A stretch of DNA of 64,000 bases from the human T2T-CHM13v2.0 reference genome, Homo sapiens (GCF_009914755.1 NC_060925.1), one strand, 5' to 3'; shown: positions 1 through 12,728, counted from the first letter of the stretch. The notes: generated by a model not told the origin, from the letters alone. Translations and numbers: made by a program.

Positions 1-984
1 CGGTCTAGGGGGAGTCATTAAGACCTCATTTGTCACCCATCACATCTATCCCTAAAGAGAGAGTGCAAGGACTATGAAAATATCCTGTCCTGGGATTAGG
101 GAAATAGGCAGTTGGAGCCATTTCCTTCCTTGTCTGCTGATCTAAGAAAGAGATTCCTTTTCCTATTTATGTTCTGGTTTTAAGAAATTACTAATTTGAT
201 CAGACTGTGCTCATGGATAAGAGACAATAAGAAGATGCTGTCTTTAATTTCTTCGAATAATTTAATATTCAATCTTAATAGATCTTCCATTATGAAGGAT
301 GAAGTAGACAAAAGTTAACTACAGCTTCTGCCTCCATTCTTGGAAAAGACATGCCAGCAATTAGATGCTGGTGGTGAAGGACTGTTTCCACAAGTTATGG
401 GATTACTGTCATAGTCCTTCAAACAACACAGGACTTGATGCTGTTTTAACAGTTTTTGTCTGAAAACTACCTTGATTTTGTTTTTTGCCTGTATTGTCCT
501 CTTTTAATCATTCAACCTGGCTGGGATTCAGCAATTTCTGTGTTTCAAACCTTTCGACTGACTTAACCAATTTTAACACCTTTGCTTCTTTCACTTTGAT
601 CCTTGAATTAGCTTCCCAGAGATACTCTAAAAGATTTATGATTAAAACTTCTTTCTGGGTAAAAGATTATTATTAATAGTATTTAATTTTAATGTTTCCC
701 ATGTTTGCTATCTGCCCTCTTTTTCTTCACAAGTTTAACATAACTTTTTCCCTTATTCTCACATGTCTAAAACATCTATCCCATCATCAATGGTAAGGTC
801 ATTTTGTTTTGCTTATTTTTCCCCAACATGTGCAGATCTGGAGAAATACTATATAACTTCAGAGATAATGCTATTATCATCACATTCACAGTGACATAAG
901 AAAGCTGATGACAGTAACTGCTAGAGTAGGTCTATTATCTGTTTCTCACCAAATCTTTACCTGGCTCTTCTCAGATAAGCTATT

Positions 985-1600
985 AGACATGGGCTTTGGG
1001 TCACACAGGTCTTGATCCAAATCCTGGTTGCACTACTTACTAGCTTTGTGGCTTTGGGGAGTCTTTTAAGTACCCTCAATTGGTCTAGATAGGCCAGCTT
1101 ATGCTGCAGTAAAAAACAATCTCAAAATTTCAATGGATTAAAACAAGAAATGTTTATTTCTTGCTTAAGCAAAGTCTCATACAGGTATGGGCAGCTCTCT
1201 AGCACAGCTGTTGTCTTCATGATGGCTCAGCATTAACCATTCACGTCTACACTGGTTTCCTGGGTCACCATGGCACAAGAAAGGTTAAGTGGAGAATTAA
1301 GCATCAACAACTAAATGTTCCTATCCAGGAAAAACAACATTACTTCTGCTTCCTTTTCACTGGACAGAATTCATATGACCACAACTAATATCCATATGGC
1401 AGAGCATAGCTACTTCCATGTGCGCAGAAAGAAGACAGAAGTGGATACCAATGAACAATTATAATGCCGCATTCCCTAACCTTCATTTTCCTCATCAATA
1501 AAATGGCAAAGGATTATTATGTCAAGTCAATAAGAAAATGTATATTAAATGCTTAGAATTAAAACTGCAAACACTCAGATAATTGGGAGTTTTTATTATA
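985..1600 (+). mobile_element. MIR SINE split by a nested MaLR LTR (pieces ~985-1078 and ~1472-1600)
   Basis: MIR core CAAATCCTGG..CTACTTACTAGCTTTGTGGCTTTGGG before 1080 resumes as CTTCATTTTCCTCATCAATAAAATGG after 1472. Confidence 0.65.
1082..1465 (-). mobile_element. MLT1J-like MaLR LTR
   Basis: TTATGCTGCAGTAAAAAACAATCTCAAAATTTCAATGGATTAAAACAAGAAATGTTTATTTCTTGCT resembles the reverse-strand end of MLT1J-class LTRs. Confidence 0.6.
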
Positions 1601-1929
1601 TATGTTAAAATGTAATAGCATGGACATAACATCTCTTTTGCATGAAGGGAAAGCAAAAGACATGATATTAAGAGCTCTATATGCTATTTCCAATAAAAGC
1701 CCCATCATCTACAACTGCTATTTGAGCCACTTGAGTGCAAGATATAACTCATTGCATCATTCAGAGAAAGAGTGAGAAGGACATACACCAAAATATTAGC
1801 AATGGTTATCTCTAGTTGTGAAGTTGTAAAAAAATCTAGTTTACTTCTTTATAAATTTTGTTTTTTTCTGGCTTTTCTACCATGAGTATGTATTATTAAG
1901 AATAATAGCTTATTACATACCAGACTCCC

Positions 1930-2052
1930 ATTTTAATTCCCACAATATATTATGATTTTGATGTTATTATCCCAATTTTACACTTAAGGAAACTGGGGCA
2001 CAGAGAAGATAAGTAACTTGCCCAAATAATGAATGATAGAGTCAGGATTTGT
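1930..2052 (-). mobile_element. MIR SINE
   Basis: TTATCCCAATTTTACACTTAAGGAAACTGGGGCACAGAGAAGATAAGTAACTTGCCCAA, MIR core on the reverse strand. Confidence 0.75.
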
Positions 2053-2584
2053 ATATTAATCATAAAAAATAAATATTTTTAATAGTACAACATTATATTT
2101 ATGACCCCAATATTAAGTGCACAATATGTGCCAGTCACTGTATAAGGGCCTATGGGAGATACTAAGATGAAGAAGATACAGTCTCAAGGACCTTACCGTA
2201 TCATTGAGGAGGTAAGCCACATATATACACAAAAAAGTTTATGATGCAAGTCCGTACATCAGAGACAATCATTCAAAGACAGAGACATGGTCTTCTTCAT
2301 ATTCAGGACCTGGCATAGAACAGCTGCTGGATACTAATTTGCTGAATGAATAAATGATTAAATGGAATTTCAGAGCATCTAATTTTACTGATGAGAAGAT
2401 GAAAGTCCAGAGAGGTTTCTTGGCTTGCTAGAATTGCACAGCTATTTAGTGGGTGGACTGAGAGAGCCTGTTAGTCTCCTGCTCTCTTCTACTAGCTTCT
2501 CCAGGGGAGAGAGGACCTTTGGGATGGATCAGTCTAAGTAAGCTTCTGCTTTGCCATGTCAGACTTGATGATATCACCCTGATT

Positions 2585-3975
2585 CACTCTGTATCACCAG
2601 GGCCTGAAATGTCTCTTCTCAAGATGATCCATGGCCTCCATGTTGCTTCACTCATGAGCACTTCTCTGTCTGCATGGTACTTGACCTTTCAGCAACATTC
2701 AACACAGTGACCACTTCCTCCTTCTTGAAATACTTTCTCCTCTAGGCTTCTGTGACAGCACAATGACCCATTTCTCTCTTTTTTCATTGTTCATTCTGTC
2801 TGGTCTCCTTTGCTGACTTCTTTTCTAGCTGACCACTAAATACTTGAGCTCCTCAGGGATTAATCTACTCTACCAACACACTCTACTTAATTCCAACAAG
2901 TCCAGCCATTCAACTGTCATGTTTTATGCAAATGAGTTGGAAATCTATATCTTTTCCCTCAGTTCTGGATTCATGTATGTAAATGCTTACCTGACATTTT
3001 CACTTGAATGCCTAATATGCATCTCAAATTGGTTTCAAAACCCAAACCTATTTTCCCCCACTCTTCTACATTTCAATAAATGACATCAGGAATCTCCCAG
3101 TTGGTCAAGATAATAACCTAGGAATTATTCTTTTGTGATCCCTTCCTTAAATTGTAACGTCCAATCCACCAATAATTCCTCTTTTCTGCCTCCAAAATAT
3201 GTTCCCAAATTTATTCGCATCATTTCTTTCCCACCTCCTCATTCTAATTCTTGCTTGGATAACTTCAATAACTCCTAAATGGCTACCTGCTTCGATTATT
3301 GCCCATATTCATTCTCCTCATAACAATGAGAATGATCTTTTAACAATGTAAATTAGATTTAATCGCATTTCATTTAAAACACCATCCAGCTTGGAAAATG
3401 TAGCATTTGCCAATCTCTCTGACTCTCCACACTCTTCCCTCCCCAGTAGCCTATTTCCCATTTCCAATCATCCTGAGCTCCTTCCTGCTGCAGTGTCTTT
3501 TGACCTGCTCTTCATCTAGATCCAGGACTAAATGTGTGCCTTTCTTCCCAGCTCTGCATTCAGTAATGTCATGTATGTTAGTGCCTGGAAATTGGCTGTT
3601 GTAATTTTACACCATGAAAATCAGCAAACCTACAAATCAAGGCTTTCTTTCTTCTCTTTTGAGAGCGAATTAATCAGGACCCCACTGCTCTTCCTTCAGC
3701 TTAACTCAAATGTTACTTTTTCAGTGAGGGTTTCTTTGACTACTGTACATGCAAATGCTATCCCCTTCCACCTCTAGTCAATGTCTAGTCTAGTCACGTT
3801 ACCTTGCTAACCTCCTTCATAACACACTATTGAAATTATCCATATTTGTTTACTTGATTGTCTCATCCACTAAAATGTGAGCTTTGCGAAGGCAGAGAAA
3901 ATATCTGTTTTGTTCACTGCTATGTTTACTGTTCACCTAGAACAGTGCCTGGCACATAGTAGCTGCTCAATAAAC
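2585..3975 (+). mobile_element. L2 LINE 3' region (fragmented)
   Basis: L2 motifs TGACCACTTCCTCCTTCTTGAAATACTTTC and CACTTGAATGCCTAATATGCATCTCAAA; L2 tail CCTAGAACAGTGCCTGGCACATAGTAGCTGCTCAATAAA at ~3935-3973. Confidence 0.7.
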
Positions 3976-5004
3976 ACAGTTTGCGTTTTGAATAATCAAC
4001 CCCTGTCTTGCTTCCACCAATTATCCTCATAACTGACCCTGGTCTGCTCCCTCTGGGTACCCCCTCAACTGTTCTTTTCAAGCTCACTACTCAACCCCTC
4101 AACCCTAGAGTCTTCTTTCTCAGATGTCATCATTGCTCATCCCACAGAGCATACAGAGCTCATTGGCTTGCTGCCCTCACCTACCTACAGCTATGCATAC
4201 CATACTATCTCCCTTTCTTCCCACCCTAGAAAATGGCCTCAGCATTCATTAACCACCTGCTATACAAAGATAAGTACCATACTTCTTTTGTTATCAAGGA
4301 TATGATGGGCTGATGAGGTACAGAGGTCTCTCTTTTTTCCTTTTGAGACTTCTTCCTACCTCCTGTTTATTCTTGGGTCTTGTTCTTACCTAATTATCTT
4401 CTTTCTATTCTGTAATTCCAAATTCTTTTGTTCTCAAATGACTACTTTCTCCCCAGCCTATAACCCTGTGCATATCAAGTCTGTCTTACAAACAAGCAAA
4501 GGAATTCCTTGACCTCCTCCCATGTTCAGCCTCTGTCCTCTCTCCCTGAACAGTCAACCTTTGCAAGAATCATCAATACATGCTGTCTCCACTTGCTTAC
4601 CTCCTAGCCTGTCCTCTGGCCACTGAAATCAGGCTTCTCCTGCTACATCTTGACAGAAGCTTCTTCTAATACGAAGCCCATGAGGTTGTTACTTGTCCAA
4701 GAAAGTGGCAGAACTTATTTATATTCAGGAAGTTTCACACTAGAATTTCATCTCCTTATTCAATATGCCTTATTGCCTCCCTTTCATTTTCACCCAACAC
4801 TGTCTCCCTAAGCAATCTACTCATGGTCTTGGTTTTAACTTCACTTATTATCCTAATTATTCTAAAATCCGTATTGTCAAGGCAACCCTTTCTCCTAATT
4901 TCACCTAACCTACTAAGGTGGAAATCTACTCCACTTACGTACAGACACTTTAGACTCAACTTATCCTGCCAAATGACTTCTTCTATTACATTATCCCACT
5001 CTTA

Positions 5005-5230
5005 ATTTATTCATTCACTTAACCAGCATCTATTGAGTATCTACTACCCACCAGTAAGTAATAGGAATATAGAGGTAAATAAAAAAGAGTTAGTCCTTGC
5101 CACCAAAGAACCTAAAATCTAATTGGCACAAAAATATATATAAATACATGATTACAATGCAACATATTAGTTGCTGTAACAAGCATAAGTATAGTTTGCT
5201 ATTGAAGCACTTAGGAGGGACATCTAATCC
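5005..5230 (-). mobile_element. L2 3' end
   Basis: TTTATTCATTCACTTAACCAGCATCTATTGAGTATCTACT, reverse-strand L2 tail. Confidence 0.6.
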
Positions 5231-5409
5231 ACTTGTGATTGGATTGTTAATTTGTAGGTCAAGAAAGTGTTGTTTTGATTTAGCATAATTTGACTAAACC
5301 ATTTGATAAAATTTCTCTTATATATTTTTGAATAAGACAGATATTTGGCCAGAGATGAGTGGCTGAAGGAATATTAATGGGGTAAGTTGATTAATAAATT
5401 AATACAAAC

Positions 5410-6140
5410 TTAAGAGAGGTAGGAGTCTTTGATACCAGATCAAGAAGCTCCATATTGAGCCCAACACGATGCAATGTTTTCATCCATGGCTTAAATGAAG
5501 ACATAAAGGCTATGTTTTTCAGCTTTTCAGATGAAACCAAGCTTGAAGGGAAAACTAAAGTGTTTGTTGATAGAACTGGCAAAAATAACTCTGGACAAAT
5601 AGGAAGCAGGAAGCAAGATGAGATTTAATTGCAAAGTCCTACATTTTAGATCCAATATTCAAATAGACAAACACTAGCTGTAATAAATATTACTTAACTA
5701 CATATGAAAAATATATAAAAGCTTTGAAGTATAAGTTAGTTATACAAGAATTAAAGAAGAAAGGGGGAGGTGTGGCTTTCTCTGTATTACTACATTGGTC
5801 AGGCCATACCAGGAGTTTCAGGAGCTACATCAAAGGGGAAAATTGACAAATTGATATGGGTTCAGACACAGTTATCAGGATAATGAGGAACTCCTTAAGG
5901 AAATGATAAATCTTCATTTGGAGAAGACAAAAGAGAAGACGTGAGAAGACTCCTCTGTACTTATTCTGTGTAGGTCTAAAGGGCACTACAAATAGGTGGA
6001 AGTTAGATGAAGGAAATCTTTGGCTCAATTAAAGGAAGCATTTTCTAATAATTAGAGATAACTGACAATGAAATGGGCTGCCTTTTTGAAGAGCTGAATG
6101 TTTTAACACTGAAAGTTGCAAGCAGAGGCTGGAGAATGTT
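5410..6140 (+). mobile_element. L3/CR1 LINE fossil including a reverse-transcriptase segment
   Basis: ~5445-5550 reads SILSPTRCNVFIHGLNEDIKAMFFSFSDETKLEG, matching the CR1 RT motif GSVLGPxLFNIFINDLD..IKFADDTKLGG; downstream TTGGCTCAATTAAAGGAAGCATTTTCTAATAATTAGAG is L3-like. Confidence 0.65.
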
Positions 6141-6900
6141 GGGTGCCTGGTTCAGCTGGTAGTCAGGCTTAATAATATCTAAATGCCCTTCTAACTCTAC
6201 ATATCTTTGGCTCTTCTGGGAGGACCTGAGAAGAAGAAGGAGAGTCACAAACAACACAGTCTGCTAACAGTGAAGGACAGACTTTGCATACATGTACCTT
6301 GGAAGGTGCATGTTCTTTGCTCAACCATCTGTGCACACAATTAGCAGCCACTATCAGCGGTGTTATCTTTAAATGTAAAACACACGACATGGATAAAATG
6401 TGCACAAATACATTTCTGCTTAAGTAGTCAACCAATAAAATAAATGACAATGGGTTAGAATGACTAAATATATATTTATATGTTTAAATAAGAGACCAGT
6501 TCAATTTCAACTCAAGAACACTTTTATAACCCGCTGTGAAAGACGGGGTGGTTTTTAAAAATTGTTTGGTCTTTGTGAAGAGAAGAAGGAAATTAAATGC
6601 ATAGCACACTATTTAAACAACATCAAGGCTATGATTCAAGAAAACAAAAGGCAGGAAATTCGAAGTTGAGGTGTGATGTGTTCTCCTTCATTCCAGCTGC
6701 TATGTCCATTCACAGAGACAGCTGAAAAGAAATTTGGAACACTATGTAGGCACAGTTTTAAAATATATTTACTTAAAAGAAAACATGGCAAAGATATTTC
6801 ATTCTATTTATGGGGGAAGGGATTAAACACTGACTCATCAGAGTGTCTTAAAAACATTTTACAAGTTCAGAAAATATTTGCCAATTCCTGTTTTACTTAC

Positions 6901-7065
6901 CATGTGTAAATCGGCTGTGTTATTCAGAGACAGATTTTCTAGAAATTGATTGAGTTAAGTGAATCTGTTCAATTTCTCCTGATTTCTAAGGGACTGTGTC
7001 AAAATAAAGTATTTGTATCTAGTCTTGTTGAAAGGAGAGCAGAAATTTGAAAGAGAAAACAAAAC
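6901..7065 (-). other. Candidate non-coding exon
   Basis: minus-strand acceptor TTTTATGCTCTCTGTAG| at 7066 and consensus donor ATG|GTAAGT at 6900; motif evidence only. Confidence 0.3.
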
Positions 7066-8098
7066 CTACAGAGAGCATAAAATGCAGGGACAATGCTACC
7101 CCTTCTTTTCAGCACTGGTAAAAAGAGAAGGACGAGATGAAGGGATGGGCATATTTGTCTGCTGCCCACTGGATGATGGTATTCTGTTGTAAGATGATGG
7201 TTTTCTGTTGTAGCTAAAGATTTTGCTATTACTGATGTGGCCTGAAATCCCTGTCTTGCTTAACAAAGGGATGAGGGGCATGTTTTTAGAAGCCATAGAC
7301 AGAAATAACATGGAAGAATAAGAACATGATGGATTTGAAAAGAAAACAAATCAAGAATCCTGAAACATATGTAGGGATAAGGCCTGAAACAAGGACCAAA
7401 GACAGTTTTGGTTTTTTTAAATTAAAAAAAAAAAAAAGGATGCTGTTAACCTGGAAGGACATATGCATCAAGCTGTCCAGTCCTAGGAATGGATTTGCCT
7501 TGGTCTATCCAGAGCCTCCATGGGATCCATCAAGCCTCCTTAGCATGATGTTCAAGACCACTCTCAAGCCATCCCAGCAAGCCTTTGATGCTCCTTTCCC
7601 TCATCCTGTCAGTCCTATCCTACACAACAGTCAAATTGGATTACGCATGCTTCCGACCTTGCTTATGTTGCCAACTCTGCCTAAGGTGTCCTTCCATCCT
7701 CTTCTATCCAACATTTTGTCCTGAGCACCATCTCAAATGCCACAAAACCTTCTCTTCTGTCTGCCCGAAGTCCAGGCAGCACACTGCTTTATTGTTGCTT
7801 AATTCCTTATTGTCCTTACATGGAAAACTATACACTCGTGGAGGACAGGAAGCATGTCTTTTAGATTATTTGCTCATTCTTACCATATTGTATTTGTTTT
7901 CGTATCTTCGGTAGTTACTAGAGTGCCTGGTGTATAGAAGGAGTGTACTATGCACTTTAGATGAGTAAAGGGAAGATAATGATAAGATAACTGAGTTTAT
8001 TATTCTTTGTAACACCTAGTTACAAGTAAAACATTGGTATTATGTTAAATGGTTTTTGTTTCAAATCATTAAAGCAAGTTTCATAAGACAGCAGTTTC

Positions 8099-8451
8099 TT
8101 TTTTTTATTTCAATAAGTTTTGGAAGAACAGGTGGTGTTTAGTTACATGAGTAAGTTTTTTAGTGGTGATTTCTGAGATCTTGGTGCACCCATCACCTGA
8201 GCAGTATACACTGTATCTAATGTGCGGTCTTTTATCCCTCATCTGCCTCCCACCCTTTCCCCTGAGTCCCTAAAGTTCATTGTATCATTCTTATGCCTTT
8301 GCATCCTCATAGCTTAGCTCCCACTTATGAGTGAGAACATACAATATTTGGTTTTCCATTCCTGAGTTGCTTCACTTAGAATAATGGTCTCCATCCAGGT
8401 TTCTGCAAATGCCATTATTTCATTCCTTTTTATGGCTGAGTAGTATTCCAT

Positions 8452-8505
<54 letters not shown>

Positions 8506-9027
8506 CCACAATTTATTTATCCACTCGTTGATTGATGGGCACTTAGGCTGGTTCCATATTTTTGCAATTGTGCTGCTATCAACATGGGTGTGCAAGTATC
8601 TTTTTCATATGACTTCTTTTCCTCTGGGTACACACCTAATAGTGGATTGTTGGATCAAATGGTAGTTCTACTTTCAGGTCTTTAAGGAATTCCCACACTG
8701 TTTTCCATAGTGGTTGTATTAGTTTACATTCCCACCAACAGTATAAAGGTATTCCCTTTTCACCACATCCATGCCAGCATCTATTAGTTTTTGATTTTTA
8801 AATTATGGCCATTCTTGCAGGAGTAAGGCGGTATCACATTGTGGTTTTGATTTGCATTTCACTGATCATTAGTGATGTTGAGGATTTTTTCATATGCTTG
8901 TTAGCCATTTGTATATCTTCTTTTGAGAATTGTCTATTCATAATCTTAGCCTACTTTTTGATGGGATTGTTTGTTTCTTGATGATTTGTTTGAGTTCCTT
9001 GTAGATTCTGGATATTAGTCCTTTGTT
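8099..9027 (-). mobile_element. 5'-truncated L1PB (L1PB1-like) 3' end
   Basis: L1PB 3' UTR (GAACAGGTGGTGTTTAGTTACATGAGTAAG...); ORF2 C-terminal peptide (IAKIWNQPKCPSINEWI..MEYYSAIK); degenerate TSD TAAGACAGCAGTTTC 8084-8098 / TAAGACAATACTTTC 9028-9042. Confidence 0.9.
8453..8502. repeat. (GT)25 microsatellite inside the L1PB
   Basis: perfect dinucleotide run. Confidence 0.95.
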
Positions 9028-9182
9028 TAAGACAATACTTTCTAGACTTCACTTTTTTTAAGTATCGAATGTCCATCGAAATAATATGTTATAAGCTTTA
9101 AAAAAATGAACTCTTGGGAGGAGTGGGGGATAATTTAGTAACATTGCAGTGCCATGAGGAAGCATTCTAAGAGGGTATACAA

Positions 9183-9590
9183 TGCTGTGGATGCAGAGGT
9201 GCACCCCACTTCAAGAGAGGTCCCCACTTCGGGGAAGAACTTCTCCTCAGCCACATGATGTAGTCATCTGGCAGCCTCTAGCTGTCAGCAACTCAGGGCT
9301 GCCTCAGCAGCAGAGTTTCCCTGCTAAAGGTCATGCCCTTCCTAGGACTACCCTCAGGTACTCACTAAGTGAGGCGGGAATATGAAAGCTCTGTTATTTC
9401 AGCCACCCTGGTCTGCTCTGCTGGGCCGTATTTGCTCCAGAGTTCTTCGTTGAGTTGACCAGGATTTAATTGGGTCTATAATGTGGCTTGACTTCTCCTT
9501 CTCCCCAATCCTGCTTTCTCTCCCTTCCTTTCATAGGTATTAGCACCCCAAATTCTGCCTCAGTAGCTGCTTTCAGAAAGAGAAATCTAT
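9183..9590 (+). mobile_element. LTR16-family (ERVL) solo LTR
   Basis: GGCAGCCTCTAGCTGTCAGC..GCCTCAGCAGCAGAG..AAAGGTCATGCCCTTCC and CTTCTCCCCAATCCTGCTTTCTCTCCCTTCC resemble LTR16A-C. Confidence 0.6.
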
Positions 9591-10274
9591 TACACATAGA
9601 AAGACCTGAATTGTCTTTTCCTGGTTGGCCAGGGGAGAGTTAAGTCAGGGAGTCTCAATTTAGGCTTAAATGTTCTAACCATTTGTGTCTGGGGTCATAC
9701 TCACACAAGCTTATATTGCAAAGGATCAGAATATTAGTATTGTATCATTGTGTAGCACAGTCAGATAGAAATAAGTGTTAGGACAGCATTTTTTTTTTCT
9801 TAGTAGGAAAGCATTCAATATTTTACTGTTTTCATTGTTAGGTGTATTATAGGCTGTAGGCTTTTCCTATACACCTTTTATCAGATTGAAGCCATTCCCT
9901 TTTATTCCTATGCTGCTAAAAACTTTTATCATGAATAGGTGTGGAATTTCATCAAATGCTTTTTCTGCATCTATTGAGATAATCACAGAGTTTTTTCTAT
10001 TTTGGTCTGTTCATATGATGAGCGTTACACTAATCATTTCTAAATGCTAAGTCAAACTGACATTGCTGGGATAGAACTAACTTGGTCTTAATTTCTTATC
10101 TATTTTATACATTGCTGGATTGGATTTGCTAAAATTTTTGTTAAGAATTTTGACATCTATATTCAAGCAGTATATTGATCTATATAGTTTTATTCTCTTG
10201 TAATGTCTTTGCCTCCTTTTAGTATCAGAGCAATGCTAGCCTCAGAAAGTGAGTTAGAAATTCTTTTCTCTTTT

Positions 10275-10539
10275 CGTTGCCCAGGCTGGAGTGCGATGGG
10301 GCAATCTAGGCTTACTTCAACCTCCACCTCCCGGGTTCAAGCAACTCTCTTGTCTCAGCTTCCCGAGTAGCTGGGATTGCAGGCACCCGCCACCACGCCC
10401 AGCTAATTTTTGTATTTTTAGTAGAGACGGGTTTTCACCATGTTGGCCATGCTGGTCTCAAACTCCTGACCTGAGGTGATCAGTCTGCCTCGGCCTCCCA
10501 AAGTGCTGGGATGACAGTTGTGAGCCACTACTCCTGGCC
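10275..10539 (-). mobile_element. AluS (Sx/Sq-like), 3' end and poly-A missing
   Basis: GTTGCCCAGGCTGGAGTGC...CCTCCCAAAGTGCTGGGA...CCTGGCC; both monomers present. Confidence 0.93.
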
Positions 10540-10818
10540 GGTTTTAATACTTTTTAAAATGTTTGGCAGACTTTATCAGTGAAATCATCTGGATCTAGAA
10601 ACTTCTTTGTGAAAAAGCTTTGAACTATAAATTTAACTTATTTTTAAAATTTTTGTTATCATTTTTAGATAATGAGCTATTCAAATTATCTATCTTCTTG
10701 CGTAACTTTTGGTATTGTGTTTTTTCTTTCAAGAAATTTTTACAGTTCATCTAAGTTGTCAAATTTATTGGTATCAAATTGTTTATAATATTCTTTTATA
10801 ATCCTTTCAACGTCTTTA

Positions 10819-10868
10819 GGATATATATTGATGTCTCTCTTTCGGATATATATTGATGTCTCTCCTTC
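10819..10868. repeat. 25-bp tandem duplication
   Basis: GGATATATATTGATGTCTCTCTTTC followed by GGATATATATTGATGTCTCTCCTTC. Confidence 0.9.
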
Positions 10869-10927
10869 ATTCTTGAAATTAGTAATTTGTGTTTTCTCTT
10901 TCTCTTTTCTGATCAATCTGGCTACAG

Positions 10928-11041
10928 TAAAGTGACCAATGTTCCCAGTTTACCCAGGACTGAGAGGTTTCCTGAAATGTGAAATGTTTGGTATTAACAC
11001 TGAGACAGTCCCAGGCAAGTCATAATGAATCTGTTAACTTA
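10928..11041. mobile_element. MER81-like hAT (Blackjack) MITE
   Basis: GTGACCAATGTTCCCAGTTTACCCAGGACTGAG...GAGACAGTCCCAGGCAA, ~114 bp, flanked by GGCTACAG / AACTACAG (8-bp TSD-like); interrupts the L1M. Confidence 0.7.
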
Positions 11042-12311
11042 AACTACAGGCTTATCAATGGGGAAATAACCAACTTTTGGTTTCATAGCTTTTTCTGTTA
11101 TTACTTGTCCATTTTTTTTATTTTATTGGTTTCTGCATTTACATTATCAGCATCCTTCAATTTACTTCAAATTTAATTTGCTTTTATTTTTCTTGCTTTT
11201 TAAGGTAGAAGTTTAGATAATTGATTTAAGACCCTTCCCCCACTCATATAATCATGTAATGTTGTAAATTTCCCTCTAAGCATTGACTTAGCTGAATCTC
11301 ACAAATTTTGATATGTTGTGTTTTCATTTTCACTCAGTTCAAAATATTTTCTAATTTCCCTTGTGATTTCTCATTTGACCCATGGTTTATTTTTACTTCT
11401 ATGGTTTAATTTCCCAATGTTTGGGGATTTCCCAGCTAACTTTCTGTTATTAATTTCTGGTTTGATTCTGCTGCAGTAAAGAATATACTTTGTGTAATTC
11501 CAGTTGTCTTGAATTTATTAAGACCTATTTAAGTGTCCAGAGTATAATCTAGGTGAATGTTCTATGTGTACTTGAATATAATGTCTATTCTGCTCTAGTT
11601 GGGTGATGTGTTCTATAAATGTTGATTAGGTTGGTTGACTAATAGTATTGGTCAAGTCTTCTGTATCCTTAGTGATTCTTTTGTCTACTTGTTCTATAAA
11701 TAACTGAGAGAAGAATATTGAAATTTCCAATTAAGATAATGGATGTCTATTTCTACTTTCAGTTTTATCAGCTTTTACTTTAAAAAATTTTTATCAGGTG
11801 CATATATATTTAAGATTGCCTGTCTGCTTGATCAATTAATTGCTTTATCATTATGAAATGCTCCTCTTTATACTTGAAACAATTCCTTTTTCTGGCATTC
11901 TTATATTCACTTCACACTATTTTTTATTGCTTGTATAGTATAGTTTTTCTCATTCTTTTACTTTTAATTTATCAGTGTGTTTATAGTACAGTAAGTATTT
12001 CATAGATGATTGATAGTTGAATTTTTCTTTTTTAAAGTCAAATCTGACAATCTCTCCATTTTAATTGGAGTGCTTAGATCAGTTATATTTAACATAATTA
12101 GTGATATAGTTGGGTTTAAACCTAACATCTTGCAATTTGTTTTCTACTTTCCCCACCAGCCCTTTATTTTAAAACTTAAGTATTTGTTTATGATTTATGT
12201 TTTTTTCCCACTATTGGAAAGGTATAGGCTTTAGCTATGCCTATTTGTTTCATTACTTTACTGGTTGCTCTAGGGTTTACAATACACATTTTTGGCTTAT
12301 TTTAGTCAAAC

Positions 12312-12431
12312 AGTATTATACTCTTCATGTATATTATTTAATAGTGTTATACCCTTCATGTATATTATTAAAAAAACACTATTATTTAATAGTGTTATAC
12401 CCTTCACGTGTTATACCCTTCATGTATATTA
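12312..12431. repeat. Complex short tandem repeat with an internal palindrome
   Basis: four copies of (A)GTRTTATACYCTTCA plus hairpin AACACTATTA-TT-TAATAGTGTT at 12375-12396. Confidence 0.85.
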
Positions 12432-12728
12432 CCATCATTTACTTCCCTTTTACCTCTTTTCTTTATGCTATTGTCATACTTTTTATTTTTACATACTTTA
12501 TAAACATTACATTATTGACTTTTTTATTATATGTTAAGTTCTAGGGTACATGCGCACAACGTGCAGGTTTGTAACATAAGTATACATGTGCCATGTTGGT
12601 TTGCTGTACCCATCAACTCGTCATTTACATTAGGTATTTCTCCTAATGCTATCCCTCCCCCAGCTCCCCACCCCCGACAGGCCCCGGTGTATGATGGTCC
12701 CCACCCTGTGTCCAAGTGTTCTTACTGT

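Larger units (their letters stand above)
9800..12300 (-). mobile_element. Old L1M ORF2 region (host for the Alu, MER81 and L1PA insertions)
   Basis: Antisense ORF2 motifs such as AAATGCTTTTTCTGCATCTATTGAGATAATC and ATTTCCCTCTAAGCATTGACTTAGCTGAATCTCACAAATTTTG; highly diverged. Confidence 0.8.

Noticed and set aside
12312-12431. CRISPR-like repeat array
   Set aside because: Eukaryotic context, irregular units, no unique spacers of constant length and no cas genes.
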